A stretch of 64,000 bases of DNA from the human T2T-CHM13v2.0 reference genome, Homo sapiens. Numbering within the stretch: the stretch's first letter is position 1; the number at the start of each line of letters is the position of its first letter. The translations under genes and the position numbers were made by a program. Location: NCBI RefSeq assembly GCF_009914755.1, contig NC_060928.1, one strand, 5' to 3'. Below the pieces are notes generated by a model. It saw nothing but the letters and a program-made list of their open reading frames with translations, did not search any database and was not told the origin of the DNA. This document shows positions 1 to 12,251 of the stretch, piece after piece.

Positions 1-1544
1 TGAGGTTGTTCCATGGAGCTTGCAAGTTTTCAAAGCACTCTTAGGCCCACTTTTAGAGGTTCATAAATACAAGACAGCTTCTTAGTTTTGATTGCTTCTA
101 CCTTATGCCAAGCATATGGTACTGAAAAAATTAAACAGTAGACATTTTTTACAATAATCAGTTGTAAAAATAATCGATTGGTGATATTAAAATGTTGTTT
201 ACCCGTATTCATCCTTCCACATAGTGTAGTCTAACAGACGTCATTTAACCTCAACACTTAATCATCTGCTCCTAAAACTCTGCTGCTCTTGTGGGGTATT
301 ATACTCCATTATTCTAAGACTAGGGAGTACTTGGAAGAGAAGATCCAGAAGAGTGGCATCATAGTTGGGTAGGCTGGGCTACATCTCATGAAGATGCATT
401 TATAAGAACAAAACTCATTTGAAGGGAAAATATAAATGATACCTACATTAGCTGATAAATAGAAGCTAATTAAGAGATTTTCTGTAAATTTTAAGTTTAC
501 AGACTCTTAGAATCAGAAGGGATCTTGGAAATTACCACATTGCCAATTACTAATTTTCAATTGAAGAACCAGGTTTTAAGGTTGAGTGGGTTGCTGAAGG
601 CCAGGAAGTTAGAGGAAAGGAATAGGATCTGTTTCCTCTCATCCCAATCAATGCTCCTTCCGGGGACCTCCCTGGCTGGAGGAAATGGGGTGGGGATAAG
701 AACCAGGAGGAGAGATGTGTAGATTACTCCTTTCTTCTCAATGTCTGCCATACAGAAGTCATTTTGTCCAGTGGGGGAATTGTAAGGAAAAAACCATATT
801 TTAAAATTCCCTAACAAATATGACATCACAAGTCAGGTTTCTTCTCTAGAATTTCTAGTTGTTTCTAATGACAACCTTATTTAATAACTCCCATAGCATT
901 ATTTTTACTTGTTTTCTAAGAAAAATAAAGGTTTTGAAAGTAATATTTTTGAGTAGGAAAAAACTAGGAGATCAAAAACTGAGAAAAATATGAACAAAAT
1001 TATTTTAAAATTTGTGTTTCTTTTTAAATTGTATTACTTTTGGTAGAATGAACCCATTTTAAGCAGTATTATAATAATGAAGTTTACATTGTGGCAAAAT
1101 TAGCTTTTGATTTATTACAAACAATATTTCTGATAATATTTTTTGAGGAATTTGTTACCCCATTAAAATTTTCCTTACATCTCTACTTGAATGTCTGTAG
1201 TTTCTGGTTAAGACTGATTAAATCTAAGGAAATGTTCTTCTTAGATGAAAGAAGGGGTTCAATGCATCATGCTCCCTCTGTAAATGCTTTTGCTAATGGA
1301 GTGCTCATGTTCAACCAGATGTGGGAAAATTCTATCGACAGGCCCTTGAATAACTAATTGACAATTACCATGGGAAGTCTTTTGATAGAAGGCCACTTGA
1401 CTTTTATTAAATGTCAAACTTCCTTAGACCACAGATATCACATGTTTCTAACATGACTTGAATCCTTTGAGAGAAAGAAATCAGTCATGTCTGATGCCAG
1501 GGTTAATATAGATTTGGGGCTGTCTTTATTCTTTAAGGAGGATG

Positions 1545-1740
1545 ACAGCTAACATTTATGGAGTACTTATCATGTGCAAGTCTCTGTTCTAAGTATTTTA
1601 TATGGATTAACAACATTATTATTGTCCCAATCTTACTGTTGAGGGAAATAAGGCACAACAGGTTAAGAACTTGGCTAAGATACACAGCTCATAAGGAAGT
1701 CTAGGCCCAGAGACTGTGCCCTTTTATGTTATACTGCCTT
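1545..1740 (-). mobile_element. MIR SINE fragment
   Basis: Degenerate MIR core (gctaacatttatggagtactta...aggttaagaacttggctaagatacacagct...tatactgcct). Confidence 0.7.
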
Positions 1741-1864
1741 CTTTTTTTTTTTTTTTAGGCTATTAAATTACTATAATTGTATTTTTTAGTGGAGAAAGAC
1801 AGCTAGGTATAATTTATTATAGGTGGTGTATTCCCTGAATTCTGGATCTGTTTGCTTCCTATGG

Positions 1865-2567
1865 TTTTTTTTTTATTATTATACTTTAAGTTTTAGGGTA
1901 CATGTGCACAATGTGCAGGTTAGTTACATATGTATACATGTGCCATGTTGGTGTGCTGCACCCATTAACTCGTCATTTAACATTAGGTATATCTCCTAAT
2001 GCTATCCCTCCCCCGTCCCCCCACCCAACAACAGGCCCCAGTGTGTGATGTTCCTCTTCCTGTGTCCACGTGTTCTCATTGTTCAATTTCCACCTATGAG
2101 TGAGAACATGCAGTGTTTGGTTTTTAGTCCTTGCGATAGTTTGCTGAGAATGATAGTTTCCAGCTTCATCCATGTCCCTACAAAGGACATGAACTCATCA
2201 TTTTTTGTGGCTGCATAGTATTCCATGGTGTATATGTGCCACATTTTCTTAATCCAGTCTATCATTGTTGGACATTTGGGTTGGTTCCAAGTCTTTGCTA
2301 TTGTGAATAGTGCCGCAATAAACATACGTGTGCATGTGTCTTTATAGCAGCATGATTTATAATCCTTTGGGTATATACCCAGTAGTGGGATGGCTGGGTC
2401 AAATGGTATTTCTAGTTCTAGATCCCTGAGGAATTGCCACACTGACTTCCACAATGGTTGAACTAGTTTACAGTCCCACCAACAGTGTAAAAGTGTTCCT
2501 ATTTCTCCACATCCTCTCCAGCACCTGTTGTTTCCTGACTTTTTAATGATCGCCATTCTAACTGGTG
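1865..2567 (-). mobile_element. 5'-truncated young L1PA (about L1PA3), ORF2 C-terminus plus 3' UTR
   Basis: ORF 2083..2556 is the L1 ORF2p C-terminus ([14 protein letters not shown]...). The 3' UTR and poly(T) at 1865-1874 are present. TSD atactgccttct at 1731-1742 and 2568-2579. Confidence 0.95.
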
Positions 2568-2810
2568 ATACTGCCTTCTATGAGTAAAAATTTCTATACG
2601 TTGTTATCATTGTCCCTAACAGACCATGATTTTAGATTATTCACTAGGGTTCTACTAAATAAAGAAAATATGGATCCTTAAATTAACTCATTATCTCTAA
2701 TTGTCCCCTCTACATGAGCAGTGATAGCAATGATGGCTATTATTATTATTTTGGACTTTTAAAATAAGTTTTTATTTCCAGTGGAAATAGGACCTTGTCA
2801 CCATTATTAA

Positions 2811-3470
2811 TCTAGCGTTGCACTGCACGGTACAGTAGGCACTAGTTTCCTGTGGCTATTTAAAATGAAATTAATTACAATTAAGTACTGTCATACTCTG
2901 TTTTCTGTTGCTTCTAAAAGAATAACTGAAACTGGGTAATTTATAGAGAAAAATAATTTATTCCTTATGTTATATAGGCTGGTAAGTCCAAGGTCAAGGG
3001 GCTACATCTGGTGAGGGCCTTCTGGCTAGTGAGGACTCTCTGCAGAGTCCCAAGGCAGTTCAGGGCATCACATGGTTAGGAGCTAAGCTTGCTAGCTTGG
3101 GTCTGTCTTCCTCTTGTTCTAAAGCCACAAATCCCACTCCCATGCACCCACTAATCCATTAACATATTAATCCATTAACATATTAATCCATTAATTCATG
3201 AATGAATTAATCTATTCATGAGAGCAGAGCCCCCATGACCCACTCACCTCTTAAAGGCCCTGCCTGTCAATTCTGCCACATTGGAGATTAACTTTCAACA
3301 TGAGTTTTGAAGGGGACAAACCTTCAAACCATAGCAAGTACAATTTAAAAAGTAGTTCTCAGTCATACTAGCTATGTTTTTAGTCCTTAATAGTCACAGG
3401 TGGATAGTGGCTACCATAGATATAAAAAACTTCTATCATAATAGAGAGTTCTATTGAACAGGAATGTGTT
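2811..3470. mobile_element. MER33/MER3-like hAT DNA transposon split by an LTR
   Basis: gcactag...gtggctatttaaaatgaaattaatt on the left and gtggatagtggctacc...gttctattgaacag on the right of the MST insertion. Confidence 0.65.
2889..3336 (-). mobile_element. MaLR solo LTR (MSTC/MSTD-like)
   Basis: TG...CA termini, perfect 5-bp TSD agtac (2884-2888 and 3337-3341), and typical MST body sequence. Confidence 0.85.
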
Positions 3471-3942
3471 ATAGAATGCTCAGCTTCTTTATATGTAACT
3501 AAACAAATCAATTACTAGCTGCAGAATGCAGCCAGGAGACAGAACTTCACCTATTTGGGGGAAAAAAAAAACAACCTCATAAATTTATCTTTAAACTTGT
3601 GAGGTTGGAACTAATTAAAGTTTCCTATTTGACCTTGAACCAAGTCAACATAAAGTGAGAAAGTTACAAGTGAGAGGAGACAGATTGGCTGGTGATTTGA
3701 TGAATCAGTAAATTATTTATGTAAAGAAGGGAGGATCTTTTCCATGGAGCTAAAGGGAGTGTGTTAAAAGGACTCTTGGCTCCCCAAAACTAGAATAACT
3801 CACTTTTGATGTGTAGTAACAGGGATATATATACCATTTAGAATGTCAAAATGAGCAGAATATTTTGCCATAGGAACATGTTTTGAAGATTCTGAGAAAG
3901 AAATGGGATTTTAGGGTCTTTTCTAGTCATGTGAAAGGGACT

Positions 3943-4859
3943 TGTTTTAGTCAGCTTTCTCCAGAGAGAGAAACTATAGAATATAGACAGTAATACATAA
4001 AAAGGGATTTGTTAGAGGAATTGGCTCCCTTGATTATGGAAGCTGGGAAGTCTCAAGATAGGCTGTCTGCAAGCTGGAGAACCAGGAAAGCAGATAGCAT
4101 GGCTTGGCCCATGTCTAAAGGCCTCAGGACCAAGGAAGCCAATGGTGTAACCCTCACTCAGAAGCTGAAGGTCTAACAGCATGAGGGTGGGGAGGTGGGT
4201 GTCACATAAGTCCTGGAGTCCGAAGGCCAGAGAACCTGGTGTTTTGATACCCAAGAGCAGGAAAAGAAGAATGTCTTGGCACTGGCACAGAGATTAAATT
4301 TGCCCTTTCTTCATCTTTTTGTTCCATTCAGGCCTCCATCCAATTGGATGGCACCTGTCCACATTGAGGGCAGATCTTCCCACTCAGTCCACTGGCTCAT
4401 ATACCAATGTCCTCTGGAAACACCCTCATAGACACACCTGGAACAGCCCCATCATTCATCGTTCTAATCAAAAGCAACACAGGAAGGGGAACATCACACA
4501 CCGGGGCCTGTGGTGGGGTGGGGGGAGGGGGGAGGGATAGCATTAGGAGATATACCTAATATTAAATGACGAGTTAATGGGTGCAGCACACCAACATGGC
4601 ACATGTATACATATGTAACTAACCTGCACATTGTGCACATGTACCCTAAAACTTAAAGTATAATAATAAATAAATAAATAAATAAATATGTGGTAAAAAA
4701 TCCCCCCCCCCAAAAAAAAGTGAATCCACCTGGGTTTTCCTTTCAGCAGGAGAGAGACAGGCTCAGTACCTACTGCTGCACTGAGAATAATTGATGCTTT
4801 ACCAGCTATCTGGGTATCCCTCAATCTAGTCAAGTTGACCCCCAAAATTAACCATCACA
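3943..4859 (-). mobile_element. MLT2-type ERVL LTR interrupted by an L1 fragment
   Basis: tgttttagtcagc...gaattggctc...gattatggaagctg at the left end and caagttgac...aaattaaccatcaca at the right end. Confidence 0.8.
4478..4687 (+). mobile_element. Short L1PA 3' UTR fragment with (TAAA)n tail
   Basis: cacaggaaggggaacatcacacaccgggg...cttaaagtataataataaa, the canonical young L1 3' end. Confidence 0.92.
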
Positions 4860-6065
4860 GTACAAAAGGACTGACTTGCTTGGGATTATGCAGGTCAGAC
4901 TGGCTTTTAGATTTCTGGGTTGGGACAAAAGATACCAGGATCTGTGGTCATGATTCACTCTGGTGAGGGAAAAATGTTGTGGGTGAGGTATTATGTTTTG
5001 TGCAAGAGATAATTTTGACTCCAGGTCTGTTTGTCCACCAAAAGCCTGTCTTCCCACTATGGCACATGTCATTGGTACATATCCCACAAGTTTAGCAAAT
5101 TTAATTGGGGAAGTCAGAAAAGATGTTGCCTGGAAGAATGGCCTCAGGAAGAGGAAAGAGTGGGAGCCACAGGCTGATTGGATGTAACAGGAGAGCCGCT
5201 CTAGGGAAGAAGATTGGCCAAGATGGAGGCAGTGGGATGGGGAGGAGGAGACACAACACATTTAATAGCTCTCCTTTGGCCACAGTAGCCTCGAAGAAAT
5301 GGAAATTAGTACTTAAATTATGTAGGAAGGTAGACTATAGTACTGAGCACAAGAGAGAATTTTCCCTACTATTGCTGTCCAAAGGTGTTATCCTGTGAAG
5401 AAGCTGAGACTGACTGCATCAACAATAACTAGCCTTCGTTATGGAGGTTTCCTATGGTCCTAAACTTGACTTCAAGGTTAAGTTCTGTTAGGCACTAGCA
5501 CTCCAGAAGGGTCAACCTCCTCTGAATCCTGATGCATTCATTCATGTCTCAATTAAGGGAAATGACATCATTTTAGAGAATTGGCACTTTCAAGGGGGTC
5601 AGTAAGTAAACTTACAGTATTAAATGGACTCGTCAAATGGCAAACAACACACTTTCCAGTGCACAGAAATGAGCAGTGTTTTCCTCTGAGACTCCTCTTT
5701 TCCTCCTCCGCCATAGGTAACAATCCTAGACCAGTATTATTCAATGTTCCTCTAGGTACCCTCTTTATTTTCCTGAGAAGGTAGAACATTCTTCTGTTTA
5801 GCATTTGTTTTCCTGTGTTTTCATCTAAAAAACCATCTGCTGTATTCTCAGAAAAGGGTTTCTCAGGAGGCGAGGAGTTAGGACTGATGTAGAGGTGATG
5901 TGAAGTGGAGGTGGAAAAGAAAATGAATCAGTAGAGCTGCTTGTGAAAGCTGACACAAAGTCTGTATTAAGACTTTTGGCTCAAGTTTTTGTATATTTTT
6001 GGGTGCATTCTAGGTTTACAGAAATAATTTTTAAAAGCAAAAATAAAAATAATAATTGAGAGCTA

Positions 6066-6348
6066 GGCTGGGCACAGTGGCTCACACCTGTAATCCCAGT
6101 GCTTTGGGAGGCTGAAGCAGGCAGATCTCCTGAGGTCTGGAGATAGAGACCAGCCTGACCAACATGGAGAAACCCTGTCTCTACTAAAAATACAAAATTA
6201 GCTGGATGTGGTGATGCATGCCTGTAATCCTAGCTACTCAAGAGGCTGAGGCAGGAGAGTTGCTTGAACCTGGGAGGTGGAGGTTGTGGTGAGCCAAGAC
6301 TGTGCCATTTCACTGCAGCCTGGGCAAGAGCGAAACTCCATCTCAAAA

Positions 6349-6398
<50 letters not shown>

Positions 6399-6409
6399 AT
6401 AATAATAAT
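6066..6409 (+). mobile_element. AluSp/Sq with tail converted to (TAC)16(TAA)n
   Basis: Alu dimer with the diagnostic cctgaccaacatggagaaacc. TSD aataataattgagagcta at 6048-6065 and 6410-6427. Confidence 0.93.
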
Positions 6410-7219
6410 AATAATAATTGAGAGCTAAAACATATTTCACCTGTAGGGCACTATCTCAATCTATTCTGGGACTGAGATCATTTGGGGCTGCTGAGAGAAA
6501 AGCCGACATAAAATGAATTTTTGTGGCCTTGTTTTTAATGTGTAAGGTCATAAAAATGAGTATCACCACCTCAGATTGGAGCAGATATGCCAAGAGTCAG
6601 CTTCTTTGTGCCTTTTATCAAAGCCACGCCTGCACTATGAATCATGGTCAGCTTGTGGGTCCACCAATAATATCGGTATTGTGAATAGCTTCGGGTTAAT
6701 ATGTCCAGACATATTTTACTGATTGAAGTGGAGATCTTTGGCTCTACAAACCCATTGGTGCTGGCAGGCATTTGTTGCACACGGAACCAAGGGTCTCTGC
6801 ACACAGATTAGCATATTCCAATCGGTGGAAAGGATGCTGGGGATGGGCTCCTCCTCTTCCCAGTCCCACATAGTCATCAGTGTGTGATTGTGCTTTTGGA
6901 ATGACCATGAGTATACACCAGGAACCCACTTGTTGCCAGACACTTCTTGTGGGCTTGCAATAGTTTCACCCTCCTGAGAAAACTGGGGCTTGCTTGGCCA
7001 TAGTGAATACCATACCCTTTTCTTCTGCCTGTCTCTCCTTGAAGGAAGCTTTATGCTCAAAGAGACAGTAACTACTAAACATCTCTTTTCCTTTAAAGGA
7101 ACGGGACGTGGAGTTACAAAAATATGACTCTAAATCTGTGTTTGTCTTTTCTCTACTTCCAGGATTGTTAGGTTACCATTGTGAAACAGTTTTCAGCATA
7201 CAAAGTGCTGTCATGTACA

Positions 7220-7497
7220 TTTTTCTTTTTTTTCTTTTTTTTTTTTTGAGACAGAGTCTCGCTCTGTCACCCAGGGTGGAGTGCAGTCGCGTGATCTCCA
7301 CTCACTGCAAGCTCCGCCTCCTGAGTTCACGTCATTCTCTCTGCCCCAGCGTCCAGAGTGGCTGGGACTACAGGTGCCCGCCACTACGCCCGGCTAATTT
7401 TTTGTATTTTTAGTGTAGATGGGGTTTCACTGTGTTAGCCAGGATGGTCTCGATCTCCTGACCTCATAATCCACCCGCCTCGGCCTCCCAAGGTGCT
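7220..7497 (-). mobile_element. AluY-like, 5'-truncated
   Basis: gcaagctccgcctcc and gttagccaggatggtctcgatctcc diagnostics; poly(T) on the left. Confidence 0.9.
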
Positions 7498-8559
7498 AAA
7501 TTATTTATTTTATTCTGGCAGGAAGATGTCAGTCATAATTGTGCTAGGATGCAACATCTGTATATGTAAAGATATGTCAAGGACCTAGACACTTAAATTG
7601 GCCCATTTATTAATAGAGGCAAGGCAGTTAAGGGAGAAATATCACATTGGCAGCATTTAGCTAGAAGGACAAATTCTCAGTCATCATTAAATGCCCAGAT
7701 GATACAAAGACTCAGCTTTTCCCTGGGAGAACTATGGCAGCTAAGTAATAGGATAAACACCCTGCTTATCTATACCAAACAAATCTCCCAAACTTATACT
7801 TCTTTGGAGACATACCTCCTCTTCTTATTCATTTTTACCTAGGCAAGTAAAAATGTAGACATGATTAAGAAATCAAGGACTCAGCTTCCAACAAATGCAA
7901 TTAAGGCCACAAACAAAACTACACTTAATTATGAAGTTGAATGGTGACATGATCATTCTCTGTGTGCTTTCTATGGGTCACTTGCCAATCAGAAAATGCC
8001 ACATCTCATTCATCACAGAAACAAGGGGCTCTTTTGCTCAAAGTTAAAATGTGTATTTTAAAAACCCCAACAGTTCTCAGGTTCTGTGGTTCACCCCTAG
8101 TAATGTTGTAGAGTTACATGATTGCATTCACTACTGACATTCTTTGTAATGTGAAAGAAAAGAAAACTCATTGGCAGAGGATGCTGATTAAAGCATATGC
8201 CTAAAAAATTTTCCACAGCACTTAAATGCTTAAAGATTCATTGCCACAGTTTGCATAGGAAAAACACTCTTTTAGAAGACAAGTTAGTTTTCCTAAGTAA
8301 GCAGTATGAATATGAATTTAGAAGCAGCCAAGTTTTAAAGTAAAATCTTTTTATTTGATATTGATACTTGTAATCATTATTTTTTATTTGAAAAATACTA
8401 CCAACTACTCAGCTCTGTGAAAGCTTACTATGTTGCCAGATTTGCTTCAGATCTTTAAAAGTAATAAAATATTACAACCACATTTGAAGACCACATGCTC
8501 CTGTCTTCCCAGTGGTGAGCACCATTGTGTACTTGTATCACATTGAACGTGTATATGTT

Positions 8560-9620
8560 TATTGACTATACAAATTTCCTTTTCTGTATTTTTTCTTTGT
8601 TCATTTATCTATTAAGCTAGCACTTTCTTACTAATTTGTTATTAGGTTGTTGCAAAAGTAATCGCTGTTTTTGCCGGTACTTTCAATGGCAAAAACTGTG
8701 ATTACTTTTGCACCAACCTAATAAAGGTTATGGATATTAAGGCTTTTTTTCATGACGTATATTGTAAATGCCTTCTTCTAGGTTGTGGATTCTTTTATAA
8801 CTTTGTATAGCATGATTGTTTCAACACTACTTCTTAATTTTAAAGTAATTTATGAATCTTTTCTTGTGTTTTTGTATTTTGTTTAACAAAGTCTTTCCTA
8901 CTCTAAGACTATAAAGATACTCTCCTATATTTTAATCTCAAAGTTTAAAATTTAATTTTAATTTCATATGTGATGAAGAGATCCAATTTCATTTTCTTTT
9001 TATAAAAATAATAATTCAGCACCATTTATTAAATTATACACTCTCTCTTTATTTACTAAGCTATCTCCATATCAAATTTCCACACAGGTGTGTATTTCTA
9101 GGCTACTCTAATCTATTCATCTCTTTCTATCTCATAGGATCCTCCTATCCTTTCTTTTTTCTTCAAAGTTGTCTTCATTGTTCTTTTACCTTTATTCTTC
9201 TGTATTAACTTTTAAATAGTATTGTCAAATTCCACAAAAATCCAGATGGCCCTTTGATTAAATTGCATTGAGTTTATAAATGAATTCATAGAGAATTATC
9301 ACATTTAAATTATTGAGTATTACTTTCCACTATATATCATCATTTAATTAGGTATTTTATTTACTAAAATAATAATTTAAAATTTTTTTCCAAAAGATCT
9401 TCAAAATGTTGTTAGATTTATTCTTAGACACCTTATAGTCCTTGTTATTGTGAATGAGATTATGAGATTTTCTTCTATTACATTTTCCATTTGATTGTAT
9501 ATAGAGGTGTTAAAGATATTTGATATTGATCTTGTATTCACAAATGTTATGAGTTATCTGTTAGTTCTAATAGTTTACATATAGAATAGATGTCTAGATA
9601 GTGATATTGTCTATAAATAT
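8560..9620 (-). mobile_element. Ancient L1M fragments
   Basis: T-rich degenerate antisense ORF2-like sequence (cagcaccatttatt, attgcattgagtttata, atattgatcttgtattca). Boundaries approximate. Confidence 0.55.
8642..8721. mobile_element. MADE1 (Hsmar1-derived 80-bp MITE)
   Basis: 80-bp imperfect palindrome ttaggttgttgcaaaagtaatc...gattacttttgcaccaacctaa, flanked by TA on both sides. Confidence 0.92.
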
Positions 9621-9649
9621 GGACTGTTGAGATTTTTTTTTCCCCAAAT

Positions 9650-9752
9650 TTCCCTCCTTCCCTCCCTCCTCCCACCCTTTCTTTCCTTCCTTCCTTCCTT
9701 CCTTTCTTCCTTCCTTCCTTCCTGACTGCCTGCCTACCTTCCTTTTTTTTTT
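9650..9752. repeat. (CCTT)n pyrimidine-rich simple repeat
   Basis: Direct reading of the sequence. Confidence 0.9.
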
Positions 9753-10559
9753 TCTACTATTATATACAGCTATTGGTACACTTTTAAATAGTAATAGAAG
9801 TGATCCTTAAGTCATGGGCAGATTGACTTAGTTCTTATTCATGAGATCAAGTGTCTATCCAGGTTCTCAAGTTCCCAGGTGGTCAGCAACTTATCTTGTT
9901 CTATCCTTTTTGGAGGAGGGAGCTCAGCAGCCCTAACCTGCTTCTGGTTTTAAGTGCTTAGCTTAGCTATGTTCCCCATCTTGCAAAGAGCATTTTAAGC
10001 ACTTTCCTTCATAAATGTAAAATGTCCATGTCTAGCAATGCCTACTTCCTGCAGTAGACCGGGCCCAAACTTCAGCCTTGCACACGGCTCATTTCTTGTT
10101 CAATATCTTGGGAGATTTTTCTCTAGAGTACATACCAAGAAATGAAATTATCCCACTTTCTAAGATATCTTCAACTTTACTAGATATTGCCATGGAGATG
10201 ATTTTCTTGTGTTTTAATTTGCCTATGCCATTTTTACTTTTATTTGTGCTTTAAGCATTTTATCTCTTGTTGCTATTTTTCTGCAGTGAAAACTGAAGCA
10301 ATATATGAACTTTTGGAGCCATTTTGGCCAGAAAAGTCATCAGTTCTATTTTAAACGTGACTTTCTTTGTGTGTAAGAAAAGGTGGGAATCAGAACAATT
10401 ATATTTATGTGTCTGCAGAATAATCCTTCAATTATGAATTCACTATGACTATAGATTCAAACACAAGGGAAATATCTGCCCAGTGGTCATATGGCTTATT
10501 TATCATTTGTTGAACATGATCTGTGCATACCAAAGAATTGTTAAAACAGGGTCTGACAT

Positions 10560-10952
10560 ACAATGGATATTTGTCCAAAGCTCATGTTGAAAGGTGATCC
10601 CTAATGTTGGAGGTGGGGCCCAGTGGGTGCTGTTTGGTCATGGGGGTGGATCCCTCATGAATGGGTTGGTGCCGTCCCTGTGAGTTCTTGCTCTGTTAGT
10701 ACACACAGAGCTGGTTGTTTAAAAAAGCATGGCACCTCCTCCCCGTTTCTCTTGATCCTTCTTTCACCATGTGACATGCCACTTCCCTTCCCTTTCCACC
10801 ATGATTAGATACTTCTTGAAGTCCTCACCAGAAGCAGATGCTGGCACCACACTTTTTGTACAGCCTGCAGAACCATGAGCCAAATAAACCTATTTTCTTT
10901 ATAAATTGCCCCTTCTCAAGTGTTCTTTATATCAGCACAAAATGGAATAACT
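10560..10952 (+). mobile_element. MSTB-like MaLR solo LTR
   Basis: ctcatgttgaaa...gttggaggtggggcc...cagcctgcagaaccatgagccaaataaacc. Confidence 0.8.
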
Positions 10953-11034
10953 TAGGGCCACTATAAGTTTATTGTTTTAAAAATTAGACCTTCCTAAGGT
11001 GCTTTCAAGTGTGTAAAAGACACACTTTAAGACA

Positions 11035-11252
11035 ATGTAGTGAAGGGGTTAAGAGAAGCGCTTCCAGTCACACCACTGAGTTGGAGTCCAGGTTCCACCA
11101 ATTACTAGCCATGGTTTCCTTATTAATAAAATGGGACCCTATTAGTACCTACCCTGAAGGGTTATTTTGAAGATTAAACAAAATATACTACACTTAAAAC
11201 ATTTAGCACCAGATTTGGCACATAACAAACACTCAATAAAATTTAGCTATTA
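11035..11252 (+). mobile_element. MIR SINE
   Basis: gtagtgaaggggttaagag...aaaatggg...cacataacaaacactcaataaa. Confidence 0.7.
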
Positions 11253-12030
11253 TTTATTTAAGTTCACAAAGGTTAATATATTATCTTTTATGTGATACAT
11301 AATCTGACAATAATCTGAAGCTTTTATTTTCATTACTTTCAATTTGTCCATTTCATAAAATTAACCACATATGCTTCCTGTAATTAACATTTAGGATAGG
11401 GGTTTTCCATAATTTTTAGATAAAAATAGAAGCTATACTTTTAAATAAATTAAATCAGAAAAAGTTGAACTTCATAATCAAAGTCTATTTGCTTGTGTCT
11501 CATTGCTGAAGATTACTTTAATATTCTAACAATAGGCAAATTATTTCCATTATATTAGCTGAAGAGAAAAATGAATGACAGACTAAAAATGATAGATAAG
11601 GCAATGAGAAATAAAAATTAAAAGCCAAGTTTAGAGATGACCTGCAGATTCAATTACTAACATTATGAGGCTTTACTCTTATGCTCTGCTCTGTGCAATA
11701 GCACTTAAAACTGGTGAATTCATGGTTTAGCCAGGTATACTTACAAATCTGTGTTATAAGTGAACACGCAAGATAAAAATAGTATCGAATTAATGGTGTT
11801 ATAGTGACAGAAGTATGTTCCTTTGAGGAACTGGCCTTTCTCCACCAAGTGCTTGCCAATCACATGACCCAACCTTTCACATCACAAGATTGACATGAGG
11901 CCAGAGAACCCATCCTCCTGAATATTGTAATTGATTTAGAGTTTGTTTTTGCCATACAAAATATTTTTTAGTCAAATTTGTCACCAATTTCTGTTATTGC
12001 TTCTGGATTTTGAGTTTATTAGAAAATATT

Positions 12031-12251
12031 GGCTGGGTGCGGTGGCTCACGCCTGTAATCCCAGCACTTTGGAAGCCGAGGCAGTTGGAGCACCTGAGGT
12101 CGGGAGTTCAAGACCAGCCTGACCAACATGGAGAAACCCCATATCTACTAAAAATACAAAATTAGCCAGGCGTGGTGGCACATGCTGTAATCCCAGCCAT
12201 TGCACTCTAGCCTGGGCAACAAGAGTGAAACTCTGTCTCAAAAAAAAAAAA
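12031..12251 (+). mobile_element. AluSp with about 70-bp internal deletion in the right arm
   Basis: Junction taatcccagc|cattgcactc. TSD agaaaatatt at 12021-12030 and 12252-12261. Confidence 0.9.

Noticed and set aside
2083-2556. 157-aa ORF
   Set aside because: It is the C-terminus of L1 ORF2p in a 5'-truncated copy with no promoter.
3152-3210. Short taatccattaacatat repeats resembling an array
   Set aside because: A local slippage expansion of a motif inside the MST LTR, with no unique spacers.
4848-7060. Cluster of overlapping 60-137 aa ORFs in unique downstream DNA
   Set aside because: No recognisable domains, no consistent splice structure and mixed strands; consistent with chance in locally higher GC.
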